DNA of 64,000 nucleotides, taken from positions 358,808 to 422,807 of the forward strand of contig CBFFRP010000431.1 in NCBI GenBank assembly GCA_965644295.1, given 5' to 3'. Position numbers and translations under genes: made by a program. Below are positions 39,490-51,084 of this stretch, in pieces; within the stretch, counting starts at the first letter, position 1, and each line of letters starts with the position of its first letter. The DNA comes from Paraphysomonas bandaiensis. Lineage: Eukaryota; Protista; Chrysophyceae. The notes beneath the pieces are model-generated. The model saw only the letters and a list, made by a program, of their open reading frames with translations. It ran no database searches and was not told the origin of the DNA.

Positions 39490-39567
39490 GATGGGAATGT
39501 AAGGTGTATATATTGGAAGTGATTGAGGGTATAGTTGCACATATATATATGAGTTGGTTTAAAGTCG

Positions 39568-39585
39568 TGTATGTATGTATGTATG

Positions 39586-39617
<32 letters not shown>

Positions 39618-39989
39618 TGTATGTATGTATGTATGTATGTATGTATGTATGTATGTATGTATGTATGTATGTATGTATGTATGTATGTATGTATGTATGT
39701 ATGTATGTATGTATGTATGTATGTATGTATGTATGTATGTATGTATGTATGTATGTATGTATGTATGTATGTATGTATGTATGTATGTATGTATGTATGT
39801 ATGTATGTATGTATGTATGTATGTATGTATGTATGTATGTATGTATGTATGTATGTATGTATGTATGTACAGTATGTATGTATGTATGTATGTATGTATG
39901 TATGTGTGTGTGTATGTATGTATGTATGTATGTATGTATGTATGTATGTATGTATGTATGTGTGTGTGTATGTATGTACAGTATGTATG
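39568..39989. repeat. (TATG)n microsatellite between the divergent vanX-like and PRODH genes
   Basis: Directly visible. Confidence 0.98.
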
Positions 39990-40367
39990 ATAGTGGTATA
40001 ATTGTACATATAGAATATTTATTTTTCGAGAAGTTCAAAAGCACCTTCGAAAATCTTGCCCAGTAACTGTTGGGGGGGGTGTACCACCAATCAGATCGTC
40101 GAAATACGAAAAAAAACATATGGAAATTATCGAACTTGAATTTGCACCATCTGCTTATATATACATCCATACATATGTACATATCTATCCTATACACACT
40201 CTCACTATAGTCCTTAACACAATATATTGCTACTATCTTCCTCACCATTAATCTAATAGTATCAACAATACGTGTCGATACATAATATCAACACAATCAA
40301 TTAATACATAGATTCATATATATATATATATTCAATTCCATTCAAGTATTAGTATTATAATCAATAC

Positions 40368-41984
40368 ATGCAATCTATTCACAGTATAACACACAAAGGG
40401 ATTAAACATATACGTTATATTACATCATATAATCAGATATTAAAACGTCATTTTACATCAAATTTAATTGATTTTAATGATACAAAAACAAGTTTTGAAT
40501 CAAAATCTTTTATTCAATTATTAAGAGGATATTTCGTCTTTCAGTCATGTCGTTTGCCATGGATCGTTAATAAATCTGAAGACTTAATTCGATATTCATA
40601 TAAGTTTTTGGGTAATACTATTACTGATACGGTGCTTAAATATACATATTTTAAACATTTTTGTGCCGGAGAAGACACAATTTCTATACGTCCAGTTATA
40701 CAATCATTCGATCGCAATGGTGTCGGATCTATTCTAGACTATGCTGCTGAAGCGGATATCACTGAAGACACAATGGATCTATTAAAAGACCTTACAGAAG
40801 AAGAGCGTGATATTTCTGTGCGTACGTATGATTATAAGAATGAGGAGCTGTGCGACCGACGAATGGAAACATTTGCTGATTGTCTGCGGTCTGCGAATGC
40901 AGTCAAGGGATACTCAACTAACGGCTTTGTTGCCATCAAGTGTACCGCGCTCACAGATCCTAAACTTTTAGAAAAAATGTCGACCACTGTAACGGAGTTG
41001 AGGAATTTATTTCTCAAGTTTGATATTGATGGCAGTGGATTCATAACCAAAGACGAATTCAGAAAACAGTATGAGAGACACTTTTCTGGGTCTGGGGCAG
41101 AAGTCGAAGAGGTCTTTAGAATGCTTGACAGCGATCAGGATGGTATGGTTGACTATGTTTCGTGGAGTAATATAATTACTATCGAAGACCTCTATAAACT
41201 GACTTCCCACTGTAAAGTGAAGGGTCCGCTGTTTAATGCCACTTTTACAACTGAAGAGCGCGAGATGTTGTTGCGTATGCGCACACGGCTGAATACTCTC
41301 GCAGAACTAGCTTCAAAGATGGATGTTCACATGATGATTGATGCAGAACATACCTATTTTCAGCCCGCTATTGATAACATTGCGTATACACTCATGAACA
41401 GCTACAACCAGAACAAGGCCGTAATTTTCACTACCTACCAAATGTACTTGACTGACTCAATGGGCCGGTTATTGACGGACCTGAAACGTGCTGAATTAGG
41501 CAATTACTACTTTGCTGCTAAACTTGTTCGTGGAGCTTATATGGAGCTTGAGAGAAAGCGAGCCGAGGATATGGGATACAAAGATCCTATTCAGCCCAGT
41601 AAACAAGCCACAGATGACAACTATAACGAAGGTGTTGCGGAAGTACTGAGGCGTATTCGCGATGGGAAGAAAGTTGAGCTGATGATCGCTTCCCACAATC
41701 AGTCATCTGTGGAAAATACTATTCGTATGATGTCAGAACATGGTATTCCCAATGATGGCCCAGTTCACTTTGCCCAGTTGATGGGCATGGCTGATCACTT
41801 GACATACGGTCTAGGGAAACAGAAGTACAAAGCGTATAAATATGTGCCATATGGGCAAGTGAAGGAGGTAATGCCTTACCTCACCCGCCGAGCTATAGAG
41901 AATTCTGGTATGCTTGGTGGTGCCAAACTTGAAATCCAAATGTTTCGTGCGGAGATTCTACGGAGGCTAGGTTTGGGAAAGTAG
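40368..41984 (+). CDS. PRODH: Mitochondrial proline dehydrogenase with an EF-hand pair insertion
   Basis: HFCAGE, ILDYAAE, IDAEHTYFQPAID, KLVRGAYM, IASHN, FAQLMGM and YKYVPYG..EVMPYLTRRAIEN. The basic N-terminus resembles a mitochondrial presequence. Confidence 0.95.
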   Translation: MQSIHSITHKGIKHIRYITSYNQILKRHFTSNLIDFNDTKTSFESKSFIQLLRGYFVFQSCRLPWIVNKSEDLIRYSYKFLGNTITDTVLKYTYFKHFCAGEDTISIRPVIQSFDRNGVGSILDYAAEADITEDTMDLLKDLTEEERDISVRTYDYKNEELCDRRMETFADCLRSANAVKGYSTNGFVAIKCTALTDPKLLEKMSTTVTELRNLFLKFDIDGSGFITKDEFRKQYERHFSGSGAEVEEVFRMLDSDQDGMVDYVSWSNIITIEDLYKLTSHCKVKGPLFNATFTTEEREMLLRMRTRLNTLAELASKMDVHMMIDAEHTYFQPAIDNIAYTLMNSYNQNKAVIFTTYQMYLTDSMGRLLTDLKRAELGNYYFAAKLVRGAYMELERKRAEDMGYKDPIQPSKQATDDNYNEGVAEVLRRIRDGKKVELMIASHNQSSVENTIRMMSEHGIPNDGPVHFAQLMGMADHLTYGLGKQKYKAYKYVPYGQVKEVMPYLTRRAIENSGMLGGAKLEIQMFRAEILRRLGLGK

Positions 41985-42911
41985 ATCGAAAAATCGACTA
42001 TTTAGTTGGAATTTATCAGCTGACTGCAACTGCAGCACATAAATTCGCTGGTTTGTTGACTAGATCACTTTATTCACATAAGTGTATTGCGTCGCTTTCT
42101 TGTTTTGGCCTCGTTATTGTTTAGCTTGTGGCACCAGACGGTGTGCTCGCGGTGCCACTTTCGTCAGGCCGATTGTAAACAAGAAAAGAGACATTTATGA
42201 TGGTTAGTTGTTAAATCAGAATATTGTGATATGTTCATTCGTCAGCACTAAAATTATAATCAATAATATCATTTTTTAATTAAAATGTCGCATCGTGGTA
42301 GTATGGCTACACACTGCAACAGTAACAATCATAACTCTTATATTCAGGGTGCAAGTTTTCACTTTCGTGACTTTAGATTACAATCTGGTGGCGAGTGCAT
42401 TATACACTACCCAATAGACATAATGATACACAATTTACTCTATTAAAAAACTAGTTTAGCTGCATAGACAAAAAAAGTTAGGGTGAATGGTGAATTATTC
42501 ACCTAGATACTTTTCTAGATATGTTGTTATGTTGTGATAGACCACAAAATGTGAGCGAAATAAAATCTAATAATCCAAAAATTGCACATCGCAGAAACCA
42601 CAAGACCTTAATAATGCCCTTCTAAGCCAATATTACATATTACAACCCTCAATTAATTCATGGGTCGAGTTGATTATCCCTCCTAGCTCTCTATTTTAGA
42701 CTAATATAATGATAAAGACTAATACCTTATCCTTGCATATATTATAACAAATTTCAGATATTAACACTTTGAAGTGCACGACGCATCAAATATACAACAT
42801 AACTTATTTCGCAATTGCTTTCGTTATCACAAAAAGAGTGTCGTATCATTACAGAATTTTGATTATTACTTTGATTGTTTAACTACATATGTCTGAATTA
42901 GAAGGTGATAA

Positions 42912-44207
42912 CTAGTTCAAGTGCGGTGTTGTACACATGAAATTAACCAATGCCATCGTTGAACTCTCATAATTCACGTCCCCAACAAATGCTAGGATAC
43001 CAGCCTTATGCTTACACAATGCCACGACACAGCCGCCCTCATCTTCATACAAAACTTCATCACTCTTAACTCCAGATAGGGACACAGCTTTCACATTATA
43101 AGTTTCTGGGAATTGAGATATCAGTGGTCCCAGAGCACTATTTGAGGGGGAGCGTGTATAGTCAGTTCTATGGTAATTAGAATGGAACCAGTTTTTACCA
43201 AACCACTCCTGGAAAACTTTTGCGACTATTCCCTCACCGTGAAGCACCAATCTGCCACCCTTGGACACCCAGCCGCAGAGTGTAGCCTCCAGTCTATCGC
43301 TGTTTATCCACCTCCAGCATTCACCCCCTGCAGACCCCACGCTTAAAATATAACATGCCGAATAATTATTTGACGCCAGACTGGCTATCACATTCTCTCC
43401 TCGGCTTTTTTTGTCAAAGTCTAAGAAATCAAAAGCGATATCTCTTTCGCGCAATGTTGTTGATATAGCCTCGAGGTGAGGACAGATATCAGAATTGAAA
43501 AGGAGCCCGGTAACAACCAATACCCTTACCGATTTCGAAGGAACAGCACTAGGAGCAGGATTCTCATTAAGAGTTGACGTACGCAACCCAGCGGAGGCAT
43601 CACCAATTTCCCGCCCCCTCTCCGCAGAGGGAAGTTTTATATCCCAACCACTATATATATCCGTGCAAATTATCTTCTCTGTGCCTCCATTATCATATTT
43701 AATCGTATAAGTGCACATATCATCCATATCAATTCCATACTTGGGGTGGTACTTTACTTCCGGGTTTTTGTAAACTCCTTTCCCACGATTAAAGGATACA
43801 ATTTTACCACTCAATGGATCGGCATGTCCTGTTATCATCGACACACGCGTACCAATAGGTAATACATCCACAAATCTATCCGGATAATCTCCACAAGCAA
43901 GATTAATCCTTAATTTTTTATTGGATTTACATATTTTTTTATGAGTTTTCCAATGAGTGCTTTGACAATTTGTACCACAGTATCTTACGAGTCGACAACG
44001 ACTACATAATAAACTTGCATGATTATGACATGATGGATTATAACACAGTGATTCCAATTGTTTTTGTGCTTCATTTTTTGCATCTTCATTCATATCAATG
44101 AAATCCATACAACATTTATGACATCTCTCTAAACCATGTGTACATAGTTCTATTTCATATGTAATACCTTTACCAATATCTTTAGTAATAGTAGTTGTTT
44201 CAAACAT
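42912..44207 (-). CDS. MYND zinc-finger protein with an N-terminal Cys/His module and a C-terminal class I GATase-like domain
   Basis: CTHGLERCHKCCMDF; MYND CYNPSC...CSRCRLVRYCGTNCQSTHWKTHKKIC; WVSKGGRLVLHG...AFVGDVNYE. Confidence 0.75.
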   Translation of the reverse strand: MFETTTITKDIGKGITYEIELCTHGLERCHKCCMDFIDMNEDAKNEAQKQLESLCYNPSCHNHASLLCSRCRLVRYCGTNCQSTHWKTHKKICKSNKKLRINLACGDYPDRFVDVLPIGTRVSMITGHADPLSGKIVSFNRGKGVYKNPEVKYHPKYGIDMDDMCTYTIKYDNGGTEKIICTDIYSGWDIKLPSAERGREIGDASAGLRTSTLNENPAPSAVPSKSVRVLVVTGLLFNSDICPHLEAISTTLRERDIAFDFLDFDKKSRGENVIASLASNNYSACYILSVGSAGGECWRWINSDRLEATLCGWVSKGGRLVLHGEGIVAKVFQEWFGKNWFHSNYHRTDYTRSPSNSALGPLISQFPETYNVKAVSLSGVKSDEVLYEDEGGCVVALCKHKAGILAFVGDVNYESSTMALVNFMCTTPHLN

Positions 44208-44696
44208 GATATGTAGATTAGATTAGAGAGGGAAGTAATGTATGTGATGTTATGAAATGATGAGATGTCTATAGTATAGTTACATAGCGACACTTGTCTA
44301 TATAATCTAGAAGCAAGTGTGAGTTCATATGAGTGGATATTAGAAGGATCTTCTACTGTCAATCCCTAAACCCCTAAAATATAGAGATTGTGTAGAGTAA
44401 GAGTGCACTTGTACACTCTATTATTGTGATTATAATGTCACAGAAGTCAAAAAAACCCAATATTTTTAGATTTAAGATATACATGTAAATACAGAGTGTA
44501 TTTTGTACAAAAAGTAGAGTATATACAAACATTTTCAGTTTGGTGGCTGTTCGAGATATGTGGACATCATCATCAGCATTTGATTCTAACAGTATTTTAA
44601 CCTTCAAAAAAAAATAACGAAACGTAAAATCAATACATCTATATATATATAGATCTATACGTTTCTATACTATACACACATACACTCTCTCTATAC

Positions 44697-44752
44697 GGTA
44701 CGTATGTATGCACGTATGTATGTATGTATGTATGTATGTATGTATGTATGTG
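44697..44752. repeat. Short (TATG)n tract between the divergent MYND and IFT52 genes
   Basis: Directly visible. Confidence 0.9.
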
Positions 44753-45015
44753 TGTAGAGGTTGGAGTTAAGTAGAGCTCCTAAATTTCAATTTCATTGCA
44801 ACAGAAGGATATATATAACCTCTACCAGAATTATACAAAGAGTGTGTGTGTGTGAGAGAGAGTATTTATCATCCTTCCTTCTAATTGAAATTAACATAAA
44901 CTTGTGATAACAATCATTATATCTCTATAATAATACTTATCATCATATCTCATATATATATATATAGAATTATTTGATTGAATTGATTATGTTTTATTAA
45001 TTATAATCAATCATC

Positions 45016-47102
45016 ATGTCAGCAGGAGATACTGAAAAAGTGAAGGTCATTGACATTATTATCCCTCTGTATAATCATATATATAACTGTGTTTTTTTAT
45101 ATATAGAAAATTATTTTATTTGATGCATCAAAGAAAGAAACACACCACTTAAGTAGTGGATTTAAGAAATTATTTCGTAGACTTAGAACGAATTATAAAG
45201 TTGCAGCGTAAGTAAATTTATTCGAAATAATTTTCTTATTTGACAATATTTCAGTAATAAAGAAGAGATATCACGTGATGCGTTAGCAGATGCATCGTTA
45301 ATTGTTTTCGGGGCTCCTCGAGAGGAGTTTACAGCAACCGAAATTGCGGATTTAACTCAGTGGCTTAATGGTGGAGGTCGTATTTTGATGATGGCAACTG
45401 ATGGAGGAGATTTTGAGGAGAATTCGAACCTTAAAAGTTTCTTGGAAAGGTATTTTTTTCGTTCATGCTCAATTTGTTTGACCAATTCCTTTGCTGTAGC
45501 TATGGTGTGAGTTGCAATAACGACAGTGTGATGAGAAGTGTGTATTATAAATATTTACACCCGAAGGAAGTTTTTATTGCAGACGGCATCTTAGTACCGG
45601 ATTTGATCAAAAAGAAAAATGTAACATCTATAGCTGGTTCTCGTAAGAACGCACCAACTGCAGGGAAGGGCACGGAGAAAGGTGCGCGAGCTCAAGCAGC
45701 CAATGAGAAGCTTGCTTTTGTGTACCCGTACGGTGTATCCCTGAATGTACAACGCCCTTCACGTCCCCTCCTTTCGTCGGGACCCATTTCTTATCCTATG
45801 AACCGTCCTATAGCGGCCGTTTGGGAGTCTGAAACTGTCGCTGAAGTAGGGGCGCTTCGTGGACGTTTGGTGGTGGTTGGTGCTGTTGATTTATTCAGTG
45901 ACGACTGGCTTGATAAAGAAGAGAATGCCAAATTGAGTGATATAATATTCTCGTGGCTTCTTAGTGACCTTGAGGTTGATATGACAACAGATAGACATGA
46001 CGGCGAATTGTTGTGGGACTATACCCGAATTCCACATGTAGAATCCCTCTCCAACACAATTAAGCCGTGTTTGCAAGGGATGGAAGAACTTCCAAAGGAT
46101 TTTACTCGCTTGTTTGATAACAAAATGTTTGCGTTTGACACTACTCTTATCCCAGAGGCTGTGCGATTATATCAGACCCTCGGTGTGCCGCATGACCCTT
46201 TGACACTCATTCCTCCGCAGTTTGAATGTCCATTGCCAAAATTGGCGCCAGCTATATTTCCTCCAGCAATGAGAGAACCACCACCCCCAGCCCTGGATCA
46301 GTTCGATCTCGATGAACACTTTGCGAAGGAGTCCTTGCGCCTTGCACAACTTACCAATAAGTGCACTAATGGAGAAGAGGATCTCGAGTACTATGTCGCT
46401 GAGTCTGGAGATATCCTTGGGGTATCTGCTGAACTTCCCTTTGGAGAACGCACTGCTAAGCATATTTTGTTTCACATCTTCAAGCAGATAGTTGATTTCA
46501 AAAAACAAGATGCAGGTAAATCCAGTAACTACAATCTGGATGCATTGGGTCCGGCACCGGCTTACGAATATGACGGAGGGGATGCTGTGGAGGCCACGGC
46601 GGTAGCAGTAGCTCACATCTCCCATGTAGATTTGGCGCCGATGAAGAGTACTAACCGAGGAAATTTAGAGGTCGGTCGAAGCAAATTTTTGCGAATAGTA
46701 ATTGTCTGTCATGGATGTCCTGTCATGAGTGCTTTAGATTGCACTGCCATACCCAGTAGTGATGCAATAATGTTCTCCTATCGCTATTCACTTACCGTTC
46801 ATATGTAGGCTTTGCAGCCGCTTGATGAGGGCTTTAGTTTTGGAGGACCTGCATTGGGTGGTGCTGGTGCAAAGCAATCGAAGGAGAGTGAATCGTCTGC
46901 AAAGAAAGATGCGGATAATCTAGGATCTCTTCGAGATAAAGAGAGTGACAGGCGACCGGAGGCAAAAAGAAATGCATTTGGTGGGGATGAGATGAGCTTC
47001 GACCGAGCGGATGCAAAGGGAGGTTCATCCAACAGGGCAGACACGAAACCTAACCGCAAAGGAATGGAATCGGATGATAATGTGCAAATCATGACCTTTT
47101 AA
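45016..47102 (+). CDS. IFT52: Intraflagellar transport protein 52, multi-exon
   Basis: Spliced N-terminus ILFDASKKE...GFKKLFRRLR; YYKYLHPKEVFI, FVYPYG, LSSGPISYPMNRP, LIPPQFECPLP, and FPPAMREPPPPALDQFDLDEHFA...RLAQLTNKC. Confidence 0.95.
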
Positions 47103-47657
47103 CTTGCTTTCACAACAACTATTGAAACAATTTCTCGATGTGTGTGTCGAACAATTGGGGGAATAGTTATCCATCGCGTCTGTGATTTCTGAAATAATCA
47201 TTGAGAAGGAGGCTTGTGGGTGTTTGGTGTGGGAGTCATTAAATATTTAGGAGTAAATTAACTAGTGGGCAGTCATTGCATTCAGCCGCTGTAGAGTTGA
47301 TCGCAGTTGTAATAAAATTGTCACGTTCGGCTTGCTGTGTCGGATTGATATCCATAATAAATATCGTATTAAATCCTTGATAACTCCGCAATTGGGAATG
47401 TATTAGTCATCTAATTTCCTCAACAGTTAAAATAACTTTTCCCTATTTTCACCTGAATTGTAGCTACTATATATAGAAATTTGGGGTTATTGTTTGAGTT
47501 GATCTGTAGTGCAATTGCTATTTATTAAGCATACACAGTAACATACCATTGCTTTGAAACAATATGACTTCTCATGTGTTTTCTTAATGCTAATCAGGCA
47601 ACACCTTTTTCTTCGTACAGAAAGCAAGCTACTAGTAGCTATACAATCTAATAGTAC

Positions 47658-48513
47658 GTGCTCAACATCATGAGGATAAGCTACAATTAATATTGAAAGT
47701 CTTATTATTTAGCAATAGGCGTTAAGAACTTATACCAATGTAGTGGCTAGTTGAATGCTAGACATACTATTTAGACCTCTACCCATAACTAATCAGCACT
47801 AATTTTATTATCCTACTATTTAGCGCTACAGAAGCTGCTTGTGCGTCGCCGCAAGCACCAAGGTGCGACCACTTCCGTTCTTAGTGTTGTTTGTGAGATT
47901 CGCCCTGTCTGTTTAGGACTCACTGGCGCGTGTTGTCCGGGGGTCTCCCCTTGGGATAAGGTTCCACCAGGTTCTGAGGTACAGGGCTCTGCATTAAGGT
48001 CCTGAGTGTACTGAGCACTAGATGTGTGTGCTGAGGGGTGGATGGTGTGGTGGAATGTGGCGTTGTCGCCGTGCACCGTTTGGGCGTCAGGCATAGGTGG
48101 AGTTGCCGGAGACGGTGTCGCTGTCTAGGACCTGATGGTTTCATGCTGTCCGGTGCTATGGTTCTATGTGTCTGAGTGGTGGGGTTCATATGTGCGGTGT
48201 GCGGTGTTCCTGTCTCGGGTGTTCCTATAGTAATCGTAGCACCCTTGGGCGTTTCCATTTCTGTCCATGTTTTGGACGGGGTCGCGGGAGTAGCCTAGGG
48301 GGTCCTTTGTGTAGGGTAATGTATCGTCGACTTCGATCTTGGATTATTAGCTTTGCTGCAGCGAAAAGCGGTAGAAGTCAATGTCGGCTGAGATTCAATG
48401 TTGCGCAGTCCTTGGGGTGTCAATGACTCATGGATGTGATCGCCAAAAACCGTCTCGAGTTGTGCAGTGGTGATGGAGTTAAGTGCTCAACGTCATGAGG
48501 ATAAGCTACAATT
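47658..48513. mobile_element. ~0.8-kb insertion bounded by 31-bp direct repeats, ending in repeat family X
   Basis: GTGCTCAAC(A/G)TCATGAGGATAAGCTACAATT at 47658-47688 and 48483-48513. The interior is G/T-skewed and begins with the family X terminus. Confidence 0.65.
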
Positions 48514-48960
48514 TAATCTAGGGAAAAGGAGTATCGTTCCTTGTCTAAATTTAAAACATGGGCTTTTCGCCCTCGTTTCAAATTTTTGAAGGCGGGACGA
48601 TAATATTTATTTGCACTAAAAAGAAGGGAAGGGAAATAAGCCTTTATTTTGCTATATATTCTGCACTATTAAATCCTAATATATAGCTTTGGATTATATA
48701 CACTGCTATCAAAATGAATGTTAAAGTTTCGGGTTGTTATCTGCAGACAATTTGCACGATATAACGGTAACATTTCGTATAAAATGTTCAACGCAAAGAA
48801 TAGTTTTCAAAACAACCTAAATATATTATTATAATTATTCGCCATGTTCATCAGATTAATTCCAACTTCAAAACAGTCCACCAGCACAGTACAATATTAT
48901 CTCACTCTGGGTAAAATTGATGGAGACAAACCTGTATGGAGTAAATCTCGAGGGATCTAT

Positions 48961-51084
48961 CTACCCAGAGGTAGTGGACAAAAGAGTAAAGACAACAGTC
49001 TGCATTCCCTCCGGATTAGAGTGGGACCCATCCGCAAAAGCAGGAGTCCCAACGTGCTCTTCGAGTAAAGGGATTATCACATCCTGGTCAGTGAACCCCA
49101 TCGCAGCAAGGATCTCCAGCTCACGTGCCCATACGGCAGTCTGTGGTAAAGGGACTTCAGTAACCATTTCTTGGAGAGGGGCAGTCGCAGTGACATCTTC
49201 GGGTTTGGCAACGTCGGTGGTTTCGTCCTCGTCATCTTCGTAGATGCCCATTGATGAGCCGTTGTCGATTACCTGCCATGGCATTGGCTCCTCAACAACA
49301 CGAATATCTGACCATAGTTTCTGTCCAAACCACGCACCATCAGGTGTCTGCAGGCGGAAGTAGGCTACATGTCGCCCAACCGTATTTGGCGCGGTAAGGT
49401 GAACAGAGAGATCACACTCTTCTCCTACGGCCAGACACGGCGCTGAAACACGCAATTCCTGTCCAGAGAACATAACATCTCCTCCAGCGTTCACAAGCTC
49501 ACACCCAGAAGGCCAATCTACAATTCCATCATTACGAACTCTCCATGTTTTGATAAACACCGATTTGGGAAACACTGTCGAGCCATCAGGCATGGTGACA
49601 TCACGAACAAACCGAGATATGGGCTTAGGGGTTATCTTCGGAGCCTCAGGTACCACGTCGACTGAAACTACAGGAGAGTCAGTGGATGCGGAGACAGTTG
49701 CAGAAGCCATGGGCAAGTCAGAAATGTCTTCGGATGACTTAGACTCCTCAGATGCATATTGAGTTTCAAGTGATTCCTGAATAGCCATGCTGACAATATC
49801 TTCTTCCAAATCGGCATCTTCTTTCTCGGAGTGAAGGCGCTGCTCTTCGACTACAGCTTCTGCGTGAACACGTGCTCTCTCTGCAGCATCTGCAGCAGCA
49901 GCACAATGGGAACCCCATCCTCGTCCGCCTCTTCCTCCCATACCACAGCGCCATCCACCAACACCACGTCCACATCCACGACCCCGAGGAGGAGGGGGGC
50001 CTCTGGACGGACAACCCTGCGCCTGCTCCGGATAGTACACTTTCATCATCGGGTACTCATGAGGAGTGTCTTTCGCTTCGCAAGTCTCACAAAGGTCGTA
50101 ATCCGGCCTAACTGTACACATATATCGAATACCCACAATTGGTTTGGCTCCGCAGCCATTACAACGAACGTGCCTATGACGCGGGGGGGCTTCAGGATGA
50201 TAAATTCCTGAGTTTTCTTGTCTCGCCCGCTCCCGCCAGCCACAGCGAGCTCCAGGAATTGGATGCAGCAAACTTCTCAGGAAACCGAGGCCCTCGGGGA
50301 TGTCGATGTCACACTCAATAGTCGCATCAGGGCGTCTGCCGCAAGAATCATTTAAATATTTCGAATGCACGACAAGTCCTCCTGGACACTGCTCAGGAGA
50401 GTAAACTTTCACCATCGGGTATGGCTGCGGCTTCTGTCTCTCACATGCTGTGCACAGGTCGTAGTCGTATCGTCCTGTGCACTTGTAGCGAATGCCACAT
50501 ATGGGACGAGCACCACATTCATCACAAACAACTCCCCGATGACGCTTGAGCTTTGCCTCTTTCTCTTTGGACTTTGGACCCTTTCCTACCTTCCCAGGTT
50601 GTGAGATTACCACAATATCGGATACTGTAGTGTCGTTGGGATCATAAACTTTGATCATGGGATACAATTGTGGGTTCTTTTCCTCACAATCACTACACAA
50701 GTCAAAATTGGTTCTCACAGTACATTTATATCGTAAACCAGTGATATGTTGATGACAATCATGACAACATATCATATTCTCTGTTTCAGAATGTTTCTTA
50801 TCTTTCATTTTTTCTTCATTCGCAACATTATTACGACATACTTCAAAACGATAAGCATTTGTTCCTTTCTTTTCCATAGTTGATAATGCATCCATTAATT
50901 CAATATCAGATGAGATAGCAACACGATCATTTTCATCATCAATCCAATAAAACTTTAATATTGATCCATCTTTTAAATCAGTAAAAAGTTTTCTTGTATG
51001 TGATTTTAATTGTGAATATGTAAAATCAGTATTGATTGGTACACGACGTATTTCATCTTGATAGGAAAGCTTTAAGGTTGGCAT
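48961..51084 (-). CDS. NBR1: NBR1-type selective autophagy receptor (PB1, 3x ZZ, FW/NBR1 Ig-like domain, UBA)
   Basis: PB1 LKLSYQDEIRR...YWIDDENDRVAISSDIEL; three ZZ fingers (e.g. CDECGARPICGIRYKCTGRYDYDLCTACE); FW domain RFVRDVTMPDG...FIKTWRVRNDG..WP...FGQKLWSDI; UBA-like ELEILAAMGF. Confidence 0.9.
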   Translation of the reverse strand: MPTLKLSYQDEIRRVPINTDFTYSQLKSHTRKLFTDLKDGSILKFYWIDDENDRVAISSDIELMDALSTMEKKGTNAYRFEVCRNNVANEEKMKDKKHSETENMICCHDCHQHITGLRYKCTVRTNFDLCSDCEEKNPQLYPMIKVYDPNDTTVSDIVVISQPGKVGKGPKSKEKEAKLKRHRGVVCDECGARPICGIRYKCTGRYDYDLCTACERQKPQPYPMVKVYSPEQCPGGLVVHSKYLNDSCGRRPDATIECDIDIPEGLGFLRSLLHPIPGARCGWRERARQENSGIYHPEAPPRHRHVRCNGCGAKPIVGIRYMCTVRPDYDLCETCEAKDTPHEYPMMKVYYPEQAQGCPSRGPPPPRGRGCGRGVGGWRCGMGGRGGRGWGSHCAAAADAAERARVHAEAVVEEQRLHSEKEDADLEEDIVSMAIQESLETQYASEESKSSEDISDLPMASATVSASTDSPVVSVDVVPEAPKITPKPISRFVRDVTMPDGSTVFPKSVFIKTWRVRNDGIVDWPSGCELVNAGGDVMFSGQELRVSAPCLAVGEECDLSVHLTAPNTVGRHVAYFRLQTPDGAWFGQKLWSDIRVVEEPMPWQVIDNGSSMGIYEDDEDETTDVAKPEDVTATAPLQEMVTEVPLPQTAVWARELEILAAMGFTDQDVIIPLLEEHVGTPAFADGSHSNPEGMQTVVFTLLSTTSG

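Noticed and set aside
42128-42172. GTGGCACC/GGTGCCAC hairpin with CTGACGA on the minus strand (hammerhead/SECIS-like)
   Set aside because: No GAAA after the stem, no SECIS helix II geometry and no selenoprotein nearby.
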